Shown here piece after piece: positions 8,685 to 19,831 of a stretch of DNA of 64,000 nucleotides. The notes under the pieces were generated by a model. That model saw nothing but the letters and a program-made list of their open reading frames with translations. It did not search any database and was not told the DNA's origin. The DNA is from an uncultured bacterium (lineage in GTDB: Bacteria > Patescibacteriota > JACMRA01). Each line of letters opens with the position of its first letter. The first letter of the stretch is position 1. Both the position numbers and the translations under genes were made by a program. The stretch is from NCBI GenBank assembly GCA_963784355.1, contig CAWAQU010000003.1, positions 64,001-128,000 of the forward strand, in the 5' to 3' direction.

Positions 8685-10328
8685 ATGTTCAAAAAAATAT
8701 TTAAAGAAAATATAGTTTTTTTTGCTATATTGGGAGTATATTTACTTCTTTTTGTGATTTATGTAGCTGTAGATAATACACCACCTCATTGGGACTCTGG
8801 TAGACATTTATACAATACCTTAAATTATTGGACTTATTTTAAAAATATTTTTGTTACCAATAAGATTAATGGTCAAACTGATGCAATTAGTAACTTTTTT
8901 ACAGGTTATTTCTACTACCCTCCGGGAGTATATTGGATATCACTACCCTTTTTAATTCTATTTGGTAGAAATTACGACGGAGCTTTAATTAGTAACTTAT
9001 TATGGATTGTATTAATATGTTTTAGCGTCAAAAACTGGCTTGATTTAGTTGGTATTTCAAAATATGCTAGAAATATAGCACTCATGTTTTTACTTGGCTT
9101 GCCTTTCATTATTGGACAAAGTAGAGAGTATCAATTAGATTTTCCAGCAATCTCAACAATATTTCTTGTTTTATACACAACAGAGAACATACTCAAGAAA
9201 CTTAACTACAGAAATATTCTACTATTTAGCTTTTCCGTGGCGCTTGCTTTAATCGTTAAATGGTCAGCTCTAGTTTATTTACCATTGCTTTTAGCATTCT
9301 ATGCAATTAGACAAATTATTCAAATTCTAATAAATAAAAACTATTTAAATGATTTTAAGAAATTAGTAGCATTAGGATGCACTGCCGTTATATTTGTTAC
9401 CGCTATAGCAGGAATATGGTATATACCAAGTCTAACAAGACTAAAGTTGGATTTAACCCAAAATTCTGGTACTGCAGGGATTGCTGAAGGGGATCCTCAA
9501 GGATTTACAGTAGAATCCTTTAAATTTTACTTAAGTGTGTTAATAAACACATATTTTTGGTTAGGCTGGCTACTATTTATACTCGCCCTGTTAATTATAG
9601 GCTCAGCTTTAGTTACCACAAAAAAATCAAATTTTAAGTTCGTAAATTCAGCATTAATTTTTAATCTATGTTATACTATAATTAATTTGATAATAATGTA
9701 TGGTTATCATATGAAACAGAGTAATAAAGATGCAAGATATATTATTATATTAATACCATCATTTGTATTTTTAGTGGCATTTTTAGCAGAGATTATACAT
9801 CAAAGTAAGTTAAGTATTTTTTATAAACATATTTTTACTTTTGTGGCAGGAGTTTTGTTTGTATTTAATTTAGCAAATCTCACTTTGCCATTAGGAGACT
9901 ATAGCATAATCATTAGAGATACATTAGTACCCATTACAGTAATTGGGAATTCAGGTTATACAAACACAAGATTAAAACACAAAGATTGGGCAATTTACAA
10001 AGCTCTTGAGGCAGCCAACTCTCAAAAACAAGAGTACGTACAGTCTTATTCAAATTGTTTGAGTGCTAATTATTGGAAGTCTAAACCGACAGTTGGAATT
10101 GATTTTGATTCAATGCCTCTGCATACAAACTTTGGTACAGTTTGGGGTATTGCAGAGCAATACGGATTGGAGCTTGGCTCAAATGAAAGTTCATGCTTTA
10201 TAATCGTAGCTCAAATGAAGGACAAGGAAAAAATTAATGTAGATAAATACTTAAATAATTATACTGAGATTGATAGGTACGTTGATTGGCAAGGTTTTAA
10301 TATGGTACTACTAAAGAAAAAAATATGA
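8685..10328 (+). CDS. GT-C (ArnT/PMT-like) membrane glycosyltransferase
   Basis: PPHWD in the first loop, YYPP, many TM helices. Confidence 0.8.
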   Translation: MFKKIFKENIVFFAILGVYLLLFVIYVAVDNTPPHWDSGRHLYNTLNYWTYFKNIFVTNKINGQTDAISNFFTGYFYYPPGVYWISLPFLILFGRNYDGALISNLLWIVLICFSVKNWLDLVGISKYARNIALMFLLGLPFIIGQSREYQLDFPAISTIFLVLYTTENILKKLNYRNILLFSFSVALALIVKWSALVYLPLLLAFYAIRQIIQILINKNYLNDFKKLVALGCTAVIFVTAIAGIWYIPSLTRLKLDLTQNSGTAGIAEGDPQGFTVESFKFYLSVLINTYFWLGWLLFILALLIIGSALVTTKKSNFKFVNSALIFNLCYTIINLIIMYGYHMKQSNKDARYIIILIPSFVFLVAFLAEIIHQSKLSIFYKHIFTFVAGVLFVFNLANLTLPLGDYSIIIRDTLVPITVIGNSGYTNTRLKHKDWAIYKALEAANSQKQEYVQSYSNCLSANYWKSKPTVGIDFDSMPLHTNFGTVWGIAEQYGLELGSNESSCFIIVAQMKDKEKINVDKYLNNYTEIDRYVDWQGFNMVLLKKKI

Positions 10329-11488
10329 CGCGTAACAAACTAGATCTATTTTTACTATTAAGGTTCATTGCATGCATACTTGTAGTACGGCAGCATGTTG
10401 CTTTCCCAATACCAAATTATAAGATTTTGAACTTCCCAATAGGATGGCTGTTTGGGGGTACTTTAGGCAGTGGTGGTTTTGCGATTATTGTTTTCTTTAC
10501 CTTATCAGGCTACCTTATGGGTAAAAACTTTTTTAACGGTAGGTATAAATTTAATTTGAAAGGAATTTTAAAATTTTATATAAATAGATTTAAGAGAATA
10601 GCCCCACTATACTATTTTGTTACAATATTTACTATCTTTTTTGTTTTTTCATACATACTTGATTGGGTGAGAGACAGTAAGGATCATATGTATCTTATAA
10701 CAGATCTACTATTTTTTAACTACTATGGACAGTTCCAATTTAACCCTGTATATTGGACTTTATCAATAGAAATAGCATTTTACATTATTTGCCCTATAAT
10801 CTTTTTCGTTTTATCCATTTTATCTAAAAACAAACTAATAGTAATATTGCTTTTAATTTTAAATACGGTATACAGCTTTTATAGTCCAATAGTTGAACTT
10901 GTTAAAGTACACAAAGTATTCGAATTTACCAGTTACTTTATATATGGTAGTCTAGTGTATTTAATATTAAAATATTTTAAATTCAATATAACTAAACATA
11001 AATATTTAGTACCTATTTCTTTTATATTCTGCCTTCTGAGCATGATGTTTCCATGGGAATTCATTACGAATAAGGGTAATATTAGCTTTATGTTAGTATC
11101 AATCATTACAACAATTTTTATATATTTTTATGAACTTTATGAAATATACACTATAGAGGACCAAAAGGAAGTGTCAAGCACCGAAAGGAATTATATTTTC
11201 ACAAACTTCACAAATTTTATAAACTATTTAGGCTTACTCTCTTATGGTATATATTTAATACATATAATAATACTATCCAGACTGGGCAGTACCTATGGCA
11301 ACCACTTTGCTTTAAAATATGGACCGCTAAAAGGAGGGCTGATTTTATTTTTACTGACTACTATTGTAAGTACAATCATCGCAATTTATCTCCACGAATC
11401 TGTTGAAATTCCTGGGCGAAAAAATATTAATAAGATTGTAAACTTATTAGGTAATTTATTCTCTAAACTGAGGAATAGACTTAGCTAA
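10325..11488 (+). CDS. Acyltransferase family 3 (OafA-like)
   Basis: LRFIA..VV..H, FFTLSGYL, RFKRIAP, WTLSIE and SYGIYLIH motifs. Confidence 0.92.
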   Translation: MTRNKLDLFLLLRFIACILVVRQHVAFPIPNYKILNFPIGWLFGGTLGSGGFAIIVFFTLSGYLMGKNFFNGRYKFNLKGILKFYINRFKRIAPLYYFVTIFTIFFVFSYILDWVRDSKDHMYLITDLLFFNYYGQFQFNPVYWTLSIEIAFYIICPIIFFVLSILSKNKLIVILLLILNTVYSFYSPIVELVKVHKVFEFTSYFIYGSLVYLILKYFKFNITKHKYLVPISFIFCLLSMMFPWEFITNKGNISFMLVSIITTIFIYFYELYEIYTIEDQKEVSSTERNYIFTNFTNFINYLGLLSYGIYLIHIIILSRLGSTYGNHFALKYGPLKGGLILFLLTTIVSTIIAIYLHESVEIPGRKNINKIVNLLGNLFSKLRNRLS

Positions 11489-11683
11489 ATTAAAATAGCG
11501 ATTGAGATTGTTTTGTTCTACCATTTATAGCAACACTTTTTCTAACGCATGGATTCTTTTTCGAAAAGTAGTTTCTCTAGCATTAGAATTTTGCAACTTC
11601 TCCAACTGAACTCCTCAGAATAATCTATATTTTAATCAAACTACCATAGGAAAAGGGTAAATACAAAACTTTATATTGGTATA

Positions 11684-13183
11684 TTAAACATCTAACTTTA
11701 CCATGCTTTCCTTTTTGTTCACTTCTAAATTCAATTGGTACAATAGATAACCACAAAGGATCAACATTATTGCAAACAAAGCATACCCGAGTATATACCA
11801 AATACTTGCAGGATTGTAAATCATGTCTACATACCACAATTTTTGTATGTTTGGTAGATTTAAATACTTTAAGCTTAATTTCCAATAATAATTAATCGGC
11901 TCATTACTGGGATAACCTCCACGATTGTAAGTACGATAGAAAAATAAACCTAATGTAGGTATTAAACTGAACAAAGCAATAGCGATTAATAAAATCAATG
12001 TCCAAATTTTTTTGGATAAAGCATTTATTGTAACTGCCAATAGTGGTAATAATAAAGGCAGGATAGCTATTGTATACCTAGCCGGGGGTCCCCAAGTACG
12101 CCACTCTATATAAGTAGAATGAATTAGCATAAAAATTATTGTAGGTATCACAATGGAAAAGAAATAACCTCTACTCTTTTTATAAATCAGATAAAATCCT
12201 GGTAAAGTTAATAATAGTATTGGTGCATTAATAAATAGACCATATTCGCCATCAAAAAATAATCCGATTAAGTATCTTAAAGGATTTTTACCAACTGCAC
12301 CTATTAAATACTCAAATGGATTTAAAGATGCAGATGAATTTATTACTTTGAATGCGGCATCATAACTAAATACTCCAAACCACTTATATTGAACCCAGCA
12401 AAAAGCTAAAAATAGTATGGCAAAGGGAGATAATAAAGATATTATTTTAAAAATTTGAATTTTGTTGGGTCTGTAAAATTTTTTATCCAGATATAAATAA
12501 CATAAAATTGAGAATATTAATAATAAGCTAATTATCAAAAGTAGCTTTATATGTAGAAACAAAGTCAAACCAAAAATTATTGATGCTGGCAACAGATATA
12601 TTAACTTTTTCTTCTTCAGCATTGAATAAAGGAAATACCCACCAGCTAGTAAAAAATACCCAGCTAGCATATCAGTGTAAATATACTGAGAGTAAAGTAA
12701 AATAGGCATCTGTAAAGCAAAAATAGCTGAAGTAAAAATTGATACTGGCCAAGAAAATCCAATTGATTTTATTAATTTAATACTTAATAATAGACCCAAC
12801 AGACAAATAAAAAAATACATAATTCTTGCCCCCTTTATTCCCATTGCATAATATCCCGGACTAATTATTACTGGAAGTAAAAAGTTGTGCCAAGATCTTT
12901 GTGAACCATCAATCGGGCTTATTACTACGTGAGGATCTACTTTGGATCCGTGATGTGAAAAGTATTCCCTACTCTCATAGTTATTTTGTAGATTAAAATC
13001 TTTGTCTACAATAAAACTATTTGTCATAATTAAATAGTGTACTTCATCGCCATCACTCCAATAAGGATTAGCTAAAGTGTAGAATAGCCCTATAAATATT
13101 GCTACAAGAAAAAATATCACTGCACTAATTATGAACAACTTGCTAATGAAAAGATGCTTTTTTTGGATAAATAATTTTAACAT
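11684..13183 (-). CDS. GT-C-type membrane glycosyltransferase
   Basis: GDEVHY after TM1 and many TM helices. Confidence 0.75.
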   Translation of the reverse strand: MLKLFIQKKHLFISKLFIISAVIFFLVAIFIGLFYTLANPYWSDGDEVHYLIMTNSFIVDKDFNLQNNYESREYFSHHGSKVDPHVVISPIDGSQRSWHNFLLPVIISPGYYAMGIKGARIMYFFICLLGLLLSIKLIKSIGFSWPVSIFTSAIFALQMPILLYSQYIYTDMLAGYFLLAGGYFLYSMLKKKKLIYLLPASIIFGLTLFLHIKLLLIISLLLIFSILCYLYLDKKFYRPNKIQIFKIISLLSPFAILFLAFCWVQYKWFGVFSYDAAFKVINSSASLNPFEYLIGAVGKNPLRYLIGLFFDGEYGLFINAPILLLTLPGFYLIYKKSRGYFFSIVIPTIIFMLIHSTYIEWRTWGPPARYTIAILPLLLPLLAVTINALSKKIWTLILLIAIALFSLIPTLGLFFYRTYNRGGYPSNEPINYYWKLSLKYLNLPNIQKLWYVDMIYNPASIWYILGYALFAIMLILCGYLLYQLNLEVNKKESMVKLDV

Positions 13184-13398
13184 ACAGGCAATAGTGTGTC
13201 CTAGTTGGTATAATAATAAACGACTATTCTGTTCTTTTATTTTGCTTATTTGATAAGCAGATTATTAAATAACTGCTTGTAGTCTGGCAAAAATTAAAAC
13301 ATAGGGTTCTTTATAATCTTCATTAAATATTTGAGTCTAAAACTCTTGTCAAGGTCTAACGGTTGACAACCCTGTTGAAGTCGGTTAATTGTTACGTA

Positions 13399-14202
13399 AT
13401 GAGCCAAAAAAAAGACTTGTATTTGCACGAGGTACCACGCTATTCATCCAAAGAGTTTTTTGGTAAAAAAAATAAATACTGTGTCTGCATACCGATAATC
13501 AACGAAGGTGAGAAAATAAAAAAGCAGCTTGATAAAATGCATAAATTGGGATTGTTCAATATAGCAGACATAATTATTTGTGATGGTGGCAGTACAGATG
13601 GATCAATGGAAGAGAACTATTTAATTTCAAAGAGTGTTCGAGCATTACTTACTAAACAAGGCAAAGGAAAATTGAGTGCTCAGTTAAGAATGGGGTATAA
13701 TTACTGTCTTGAGCAAAACTATGAAGGCGTAATTACAGTAGATGGAAGCAATAAAGATGGTGTTGAAGCTATCAAAAATTTTGTTGAGTATTTAGACAAA
13801 GGGTATGATTACATTCAAGGTTCACGTTTTATTGAAGGGGGCAAAGCTATAAATACCCCTCTTTCAAGGTATTATGCAGTAAAATTTATACATGCTCCTT
13901 TCGTCTCTTTATGCGCAAGATTTAGATATACTGATACAACTAACGGCTTTAGAGGTTATTCAAGAAAACTCTTAGAAGATAAAAACATCTCAATTTTTAG
14001 AAATGTTTTTGATACTTATGAATTATTACCTTATATTGCTGTCAAAGCTCCAAAGTTGAAATATAGAGTTGTTGAAATACCAGTTATAAGACAATATCCT
14101 GCCAGTGGTAAAATTCCTACTAAAATAAGTCCTGTTAGAGGAAATTTGCTTTTACTTAAAATTTTATTATTTCTTGCTTTGGGTAAGTATGAGCCAAAAT
14201 AA
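13399..14202 (+). CDS. GT2 polyprenol-phosphate glycosyltransferase (DPM1-like)
   Basis: CIPIINEG, DGGSTDGS, GSRF and DTTNGFRGYS motifs; ATG 13399 chosen as start. Confidence 0.9.
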   Translation: MSQKKDLYLHEVPRYSSKEFFGKKNKYCVCIPIINEGEKIKKQLDKMHKLGLFNIADIIICDGGSTDGSMEENYLISKSVRALLTKQGKGKLSAQLRMGYNYCLEQNYEGVITVDGSNKDGVEAIKNFVEYLDKGYDYIQGSRFIEGGKAINTPLSRYYAVKFIHAPFVSLCARFRYTDTTNGFRGYSRKLLEDKNISIFRNVFDTYELLPYIAVKAPKLKYRVVEIPVIRQYPASGKIPTKISPVRGNLLLLKILLFLALGKYEPK

Positions 14203-15256
14203 AGAATATGATTGGATAATTATAGGAGGCGGAATATATGGGTGTTATGCTAGTCTCGAATTGGCAAACTTGGGTTATCGAGTTGCATTGATTGAAAAAA
14301 ATTCCACTCTGATCTCGGAGGCCTCTTATACAAATCAAGCAAGAATACATCTTGGTTACCACTACCCTAGGAGCTTTGCGACTGCCTATAAAAGTGCAGA
14401 GTATTTTGATAGATTTTGTGAAGATTTTGACTTTGCCATTAACAAGTCTTTTACCAAAATATACGCTATAGCTAGTAATTTTTCCTATTCATCTGGAGAT
14501 AACTTTAAAACTTTCTGTAAAAATTTAAATATACCTTGTGACCCGATAAACAAGGAAAGGTATTTTAATAGCGAGGTAGAAGCAGCATTTGAAACAAAAG
14601 AGTATACTTTTGACGCTGAGATAATCAAAGATTACTACTTTAAAGAATTATCAGCTAATAAAAACGCTACATTATATTTAAACTCTGAATTGATAAGTAT
14701 AAGTCAAGAAGTCAACTTATTTAAAATTACAACTAGCGATAACTATAACTTGTCAGCAAATAATCTCTTAAATGCTACTTACGCCAATACAAATAATATT
14801 TTAAAGTTATTAAATTTAGATACTTTCGAAATTAAATACGAGATGTGTGAGGTGATTTTGTGCAATGTAAGTGAAAATATAAAAAAAGTTGGATTAACGG
14901 TTATGGATGGCCCGTTTTTCTCCCTTATGCCATTTGGATATTCAGGCTATCATTCGCTCACATCTGTTATTTTTACTCCACACTACACATTTGTAAAAGA
15001 CGAAGAAGTAAATAAAGGAGTAAATATTGTATCTTCTTGGGATTATATGCGCAATCTAACCCATAGATATCTAAACCCAGAAATAAAGATTGATTATGTT
15101 AGGTCACTCTACACAGTAAAGCCAATTTTAAAAGTTTCTGAATCTGACGATTCAAGACCAACAATTGTTAAAAAGCTTAATAGTAAACCTAATTTTTATA
15201 CTGTGTTTTCAGGTAAAATAAACACAATTTATGATTTAGATAATATTTTAATATGA
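14189..15256 (+). CDS. FAD-dependent oxidoreductase (DAO-like)
   Basis: IIGGGIYG, NQARIHLGYHYPRS and MDGPFFS motifs. Confidence 0.88.
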   Translation: MSQNKEYDWIIIGGGIYGCYASLELANLGYRVALIEKNSTLISEASYTNQARIHLGYHYPRSFATAYKSAEYFDRFCEDFDFAINKSFTKIYAIASNFSYSSGDNFKTFCKNLNIPCDPINKERYFNSEVEAAFETKEYTFDAEIIKDYYFKELSANKNATLYLNSELISISQEVNLFKITTSDNYNLSANNLLNATYANTNNILKLLNLDTFEIKYEMCEVILCNVSENIKKVGLTVMDGPFFSLMPFGYSGYHSLTSVIFTPHYTFVKDEEVNKGVNIVSSWDYMRNLTHRYLNPEIKIDYVRSLYTVKPILKVSESDDSRPTIVKKLNSKPNFYTVFSGKINTIYDLDNILI

Positions 15257-16185
15257 AATATCCTCAGTTTTTAAGTGTTGTTTTGTATGTAAGAAATAAT
15301 TCTGATATTATTGAAGAAAAGATTCTCTTGCTTAATGAAAAAATCAAGCAAAATTTTTCAAATTACGAAATAATCATTGTTGACGATTCTAGCAATGATG
15401 AGCTCATAGCAAAACTATTTAAAATTAAAGATGTTTTACATGGTAAAACTAGAATTGTTGAGACAGCATGGGCTTTAGGAAAAGAGTCTGCTATTTTTAC
15501 TGGTGAAAAAGCTTCAATAGGTGACTTCGTTTTCCAAATTGATAACATACATTTTATAAATGACAGCCTTATTGAAAATTTTTTTAAAGCCTTGGACTCT
15601 GGTTCTGATATAGCAATTTTTTGTGTTAAAAATAATCCTGATCTACTTGCAACAATTTTTTATTATATACTAAATCATTTTTCAAATAGCAATATAATAC
15701 TAAAGGCGGAAGTTGGTAGGTTAATCAGCCGCAGGGCTTTAAATACAATATCAAAGTACGATAACCCATTTAGATATAATAAAAGTGTTTATCCACTTAC
15801 TGGTTTTAAGTATAAAATTATAAAGACCGATGTTGACAAGTATCCAGATCATGAAAGAAAATTGTTTAGTCAGATAGATAAAGCAATTACTCTGCTGTTA
15901 ATGTATACTGAATTTGGTTTTAGATTTGCTTTTTATACTTCTGCCATTTTTGGTACTTTCTCAGTTTTATCATCTATTTACGTTGTGTATAATTACCTAT
16001 TTAATAGCCATGTTGAAACTGGATGGACAAGTACAAATTTCATACTAACTTTTTCTTTTTCAGGACTATTTATTTTGCTTACTATAATAACTAAGTATCT
16101 CCAAATACTTATTGCTTTGATCAGCAAGTTTGATACAAGCAAAATTAAATCAAACGAATTATTAACAAACGTCTATAAAATATAA
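15253..16185 (+). CDS. GT2 glycosyltransferase, GtrB-like, two C-terminal TM helices
   Basis: YEIIIVDDSS motif and GWTS followed by a TM segment. Confidence 0.82.
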   Translation: MKYPQFLSVVLYVRNNSDIIEEKILLLNEKIKQNFSNYEIIIVDDSSNDELIAKLFKIKDVLHGKTRIVETAWALGKESAIFTGEKASIGDFVFQIDNIHFINDSLIENFFKALDSGSDIAIFCVKNNPDLLATIFYYILNHFSNSNIILKAEVGRLISRRALNTISKYDNPFRYNKSVYPLTGFKYKIIKTDVDKYPDHERKLFSQIDKAITLLLMYTEFGFRFAFYTSAIFGTFSVLSSIYVVYNYLFNSHVETGWTSTNFILTFSFSGLFILLTIITKYLQILIALISKFDTSKIKSNELLTNVYKI

Positions 16186-16191
16186 TAAAGT

Positions 16192-16968
16192 ATGAATAAA
16201 GCACTTATTGGTTACACAGGATTTGTAGGATCTAATTTAATGAATCAAACACATTTTAATCATTTATTTAATTCTAGTAACTTAAAAGAAATTACTCATA
16301 ATGAGTATAAAATAGTTGTTTGTGCTGCACCTTCAGGGGTAAAATGGAAAGTAAATCAAAATCCTGAAGAAGATTACAATAATATTTTAGACATGATTGA
16401 GACAATTAAAAACGTGAAAACTGATTTGTTTGTTTATGTCTCAACAGTTGATGTTTATTCTGCACCTATAAATGTAAATGAGGGCACAAATATTGAGGAA
16501 ACTCTTAACACTTTGCATCCTTATGGAAAACACAGATTTTTACTGGAGGAATCAATAAGAAAAAATTTTCCTGACAACCATATTATTGTGAGACCAGCTA
16601 CCATTTTTGGTCCTAATTTAAAAAAGAATATTATATTTGATTTTGCTCATAATAATGCTTTAGACTTTACCCACTCTGAAAGCAAATTCCAATTTTACCC
16701 TGTAGTAAATTTGTGGAGAGATATACAAATTTTGTCTGAATCAAAAATTAAGACAGCCAATCTAATTAGTGAACAAATAACGCCAAAGGAAATTGCTAAG
16801 GAATGTTTTAACTTTAACTTCGAAAACATAACTGAAAAGGGACCTTTAGAATACCTTATCAAAACAAAATATTCTATAAATTTTAATAAGACTGGAGATT
16901 TTATATATACTAAAGATGAAATCTTTTTCTTCATAGGTGAGTATTTGAAAACCTTATCTAAATCATGA
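16192..16968 (+). CDS. NAD-dependent epimerase/dehydratase family protein
   Basis: GYTGFVG, STVDVY and YGKHR motifs. Confidence 0.85.
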   Translation: MNKALIGYTGFVGSNLMNQTHFNHLFNSSNLKEITHNEYKIVVCAAPSGVKWKVNQNPEEDYNNILDMIETIKNVKTDLFVYVSTVDVYSAPINVNEGTNIEETLNTLHPYGKHRFLLEESIRKNFPDNHIIVRPATIFGPNLKKNIIFDFAHNNALDFTHSESKFQFYPVVNLWRDIQILSESKIKTANLISEQITPKEIAKECFNFNFENITEKGPLEYLIKTKYSINFNKTGDFIYTKDEIFFFIGEYLKTLSKS

Positions 16969-16997
16969 TAAAATTTTATTATTAAATTAAAATAATT

Positions 16998-17831
16998 ATG
17001 TTTTTATCTTATTCTAACATTGCATGGACAAGAAATATTGATGATAAAGTATATCAGATATTAATGGAAAATAGCTTTGACGCAATTGATATTGCTCCAG
17101 GATCAATATTTACTGACCCAATAAATATTTCTGCAGATGAAAAGGCTAAATTTAGGAATAAATTAAACGAGTTCAAACTATCAACTGCAGGAGTTCAATC
17201 GTTGCTATTTGGAAAAAATGATCTCAAAATCTTCGATAATCAAGAAAGCAGGCTAAAAACATTGTCGTATCTAAAAGAATTAGTTAATTCCATGGCTGAT
17301 TTGGGATTCAAAACTTTGATTTTTGGGTCACCTGTAAATAGACAAGTTGGAAACTTAGATTCTGTATCTATAGAAAGTATTGCGATTGATTTTTTTGCTG
17401 AATTAGGTAAATTTTCTGAAGAGTGTGGAATTTGTTTTTGTCTTGAGCCAAACCCTAGGATATATAATTGCGATTTTTTATACACTACAGAGCAAGCTCT
17501 TAAATTTGTGAAAAAAATAGATTGCAGTGGGTTAAAAATGAATCTTGATTTGGGTACTATTAAAGTGAACAATGAAAGTTTAACTGATATCATAAATGTG
17601 GAGAATCTTAGATATTTTGGCCATGTACATATAAGCGAGTCTGAATTGAAGCCAATCGCAGAAGATTTGATTCTGGATGAATTTTTAAATCTACTAAATG
17701 AGATTAATTATTCAGGCTACACAGCTATTGAAATGAGGAAAGCAACGGAAGATGCACAAGACAACATTAATATTATAGAAAATATAGCTAGGTCTATTTC
17801 TCTAAAGGCTAAAAAAAGTAGAGCTTCATAA
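16998..17831 (+). CDS. Sugar phosphate isomerase/epimerase (xylose isomerase-like TIM barrel)
   Basis: SNIAW, FGSP, LEPNP, HVHISE and IEM motifs. Confidence 0.85.
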   Translation: MFLSYSNIAWTRNIDDKVYQILMENSFDAIDIAPGSIFTDPINISADEKAKFRNKLNEFKLSTAGVQSLLFGKNDLKIFDNQESRLKTLSYLKELVNSMADLGFKTLIFGSPVNRQVGNLDSVSIESIAIDFFAELGKFSEECGICFCLEPNPRIYNCDFLYTTEQALKFVKKIDCSGLKMNLDLGTIKVNNESLTDIINVENLRYFGHVHISESELKPIAEDLILDEFLNLLNEINYSGYTAIEMRKATEDAQDNINIIENIARSISLKAKKSRAS

Positions 17832-17970
17832 TATAAATAAACTTTTTTATATATAAGTTATACTTAGGCTGTGATTCAATAAAAGCCATTGCTTTTCAGC
17901 TAACATACAATAATTACAGCTCTAAACTGTATATTGCTATTTTCTTTTCTCCACTTCAGTATTAGAGTAG

Positions 17971-19734
17971 TTATGATGCATAATAGTCTGAACTTTCAAT
18001 AAATTCGTTACAATCTTTAAAATTATTTAAATTTAATTCATTTTTAAACTTTATTACTTTGTAGAGATTAATATTGTCTTTATTCACTTCTATATCAAAA
18101 TATTCAGTCATAGATTTTATCCAGTTAGGATTTGTTGAATAAATAAAATTTATACTCAAATTTTTGATAATAAGAATAAATGTACAATAATTTAAATTAT
18201 GTGGTGGAATTACGGTCTCAATTCCGGTTAAGGCTCCAAACTCGTATGGATTTATATATGTAGTTCTAGCATCAATCATGACTCTAACCGGCTTATAGTG
18301 TTCTAAAATTAGAGCTAAATTTTTATAATCTGGAGATATCCTTCGTTCTAATATATAATCTTTATTATAAAAAAACTTTTTTATAATACGCATACTATTT
18401 AAAGCTGAGTTTTCGAATGTTAAAGTAAATTTCCGCTCATGCGTAATTTTCAGATTGTGGAATAAAACAAAAATTAGCAAAAAAAAAGTGATTGTAAAAA
18501 TGTATTGTTTTTTTGAAAAATTTGCTATTGTTATATAACACAAGTAAAAGAGTAGAAGTGATAAAAAAAATAAAATATTTATAAAGTACCTTGTATCACC
18601 ATAGCCCGCTAAAAGTGTCGTAGTGAGACCCAGAAATAAAACAAAAACAAAACTAGTAATTTTTATTACCTTAGAATCAAAATTCATTTCAAAAGTAATA
18701 TTTTTAAAATACATTAATTTAATAAGTAACACCAAGCACAATGTGGTTATTAAAGCTACTAAATTACTATTTGAAGCCAAAGCCCTGAAAAAAAATGTAT
18801 TTATTATATCCCAATTAGTTAGAAGCTTATTATACCATAGATCAAACTCTAAAAAAATTGTATGCCCATTTGAGACTTTAGTAAGATAATAAGTAGGATA
18901 AATATATTTTGATGAAAAAGCCACTTTAGAACTTTCACTGACAAATAATGATCCATGTTTATACAGGGAATATAGAACCCAGGGTAACATAGTAATAAAT
19001 AGTACAGAAAAGTATATAACCAGATTCACTAATCTGGATTTAAGTTGAATTTTATGGGTATTTATTACAAAAAGTACGGGACCTAAAAGTAGAGTAAGCA
19101 ACAATGTATCGAATCTATTTAAAACTAGCAATCCAGAAATAATAGCCAATATTATAGTGTCTTTCTTATTTATTACATTATCTCTTAAGAAAAATAAAAA
19201 CAATATCAACAATATCAACAAATTTAAAGGGATAGTCCTACCCCCGAAAACCTCATCCAAATAATCTTTGTTTTGTATTAATATTAAATTTAAACCCAGC
19301 CCAAACCACAATTGTCTAGTTAGTTTCAGCGATATTATAAATAAAATACTTGAAGTAACAAAAAGTATTGCTAAATTTAAAAAGTAGCTATTATAGTATC
19401 CTAGGTCGACAATCTTTCTTGTTATGGCTGTAAGAGTTGGATGTAGAGGGGGGAAAGAAACACTGTATGTCAATAAACTGTATTGTGTCTGTCGAATAGT
19501 ATTTATTTTATAGTAATCAGAAAATATCGTTTTTGAAATTTCATAAAGCGACCAAGAATCAGGGCTAAATAGAGGTGCTACTAAAGATTTAGCAACTTCA
19601 TTAAGTAAAAAATTTATTATATAGGATATTATATAGCCAAAAAAACTATATTTTAATATAAACTCCAAAGTGGGTTTTAACTGCAATTTATTCAGGCTAT
19701 AAAATATTAGTTTTTGATACTTTTTACTAGACAT
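17971..19734 (-). CDS. GT-C-type membrane glycosyltransferase
   Basis: SPDSWS loop, FPPLHP, many TM helices. Confidence 0.7.
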   Translation of the reverse strand: MSSKKYQKLIFYSLNKLQLKPTLEFILKYSFFGYIISYIINFLLNEVAKSLVAPLFSPDSWSLYEISKTIFSDYYKINTIRQTQYSLLTYSVSFPPLHPTLTAITRKIVDLGYYNSYFLNLAILFVTSSILFIISLKLTRQLWFGLGLNLILIQNKDYLDEVFGGRTIPLNLLILLILFLFFLRDNVINKKDTIILAIISGLLVLNRFDTLLLTLLLGPVLFVINTHKIQLKSRLVNLVIYFSVLFITMLPWVLYSLYKHGSLFVSESSKVAFSSKYIYPTYYLTKVSNGHTIFLEFDLWYNKLLTNWDIINTFFFRALASNSNLVALITTLCLVLLIKLMYFKNITFEMNFDSKVIKITSFVFVLFLGLTTTLLAGYGDTRYFINILFFLSLLLFYLCYITIANFSKKQYIFTITFFLLIFVLFHNLKITHERKFTLTFENSALNSMRIIKKFFYNKDYILERRISPDYKNLALILEHYKPVRVMIDARTTYINPYEFGALTGIETVIPPHNLNYCTFILIIKNLSINFIYSTNPNWIKSMTEYFDIEVNKDNINLYKVIKFKNELNLNNFKDCNEFIESSDYYAS

Positions 19735-19831
19735 TATTGGTATAGCTATTAGTTGTGCTTATGGCTATTGTCAACTGAGGCAAAATTTTGACATAGCTTA
19801 TTAAATGAATTTATATACTCACTGTATAACT

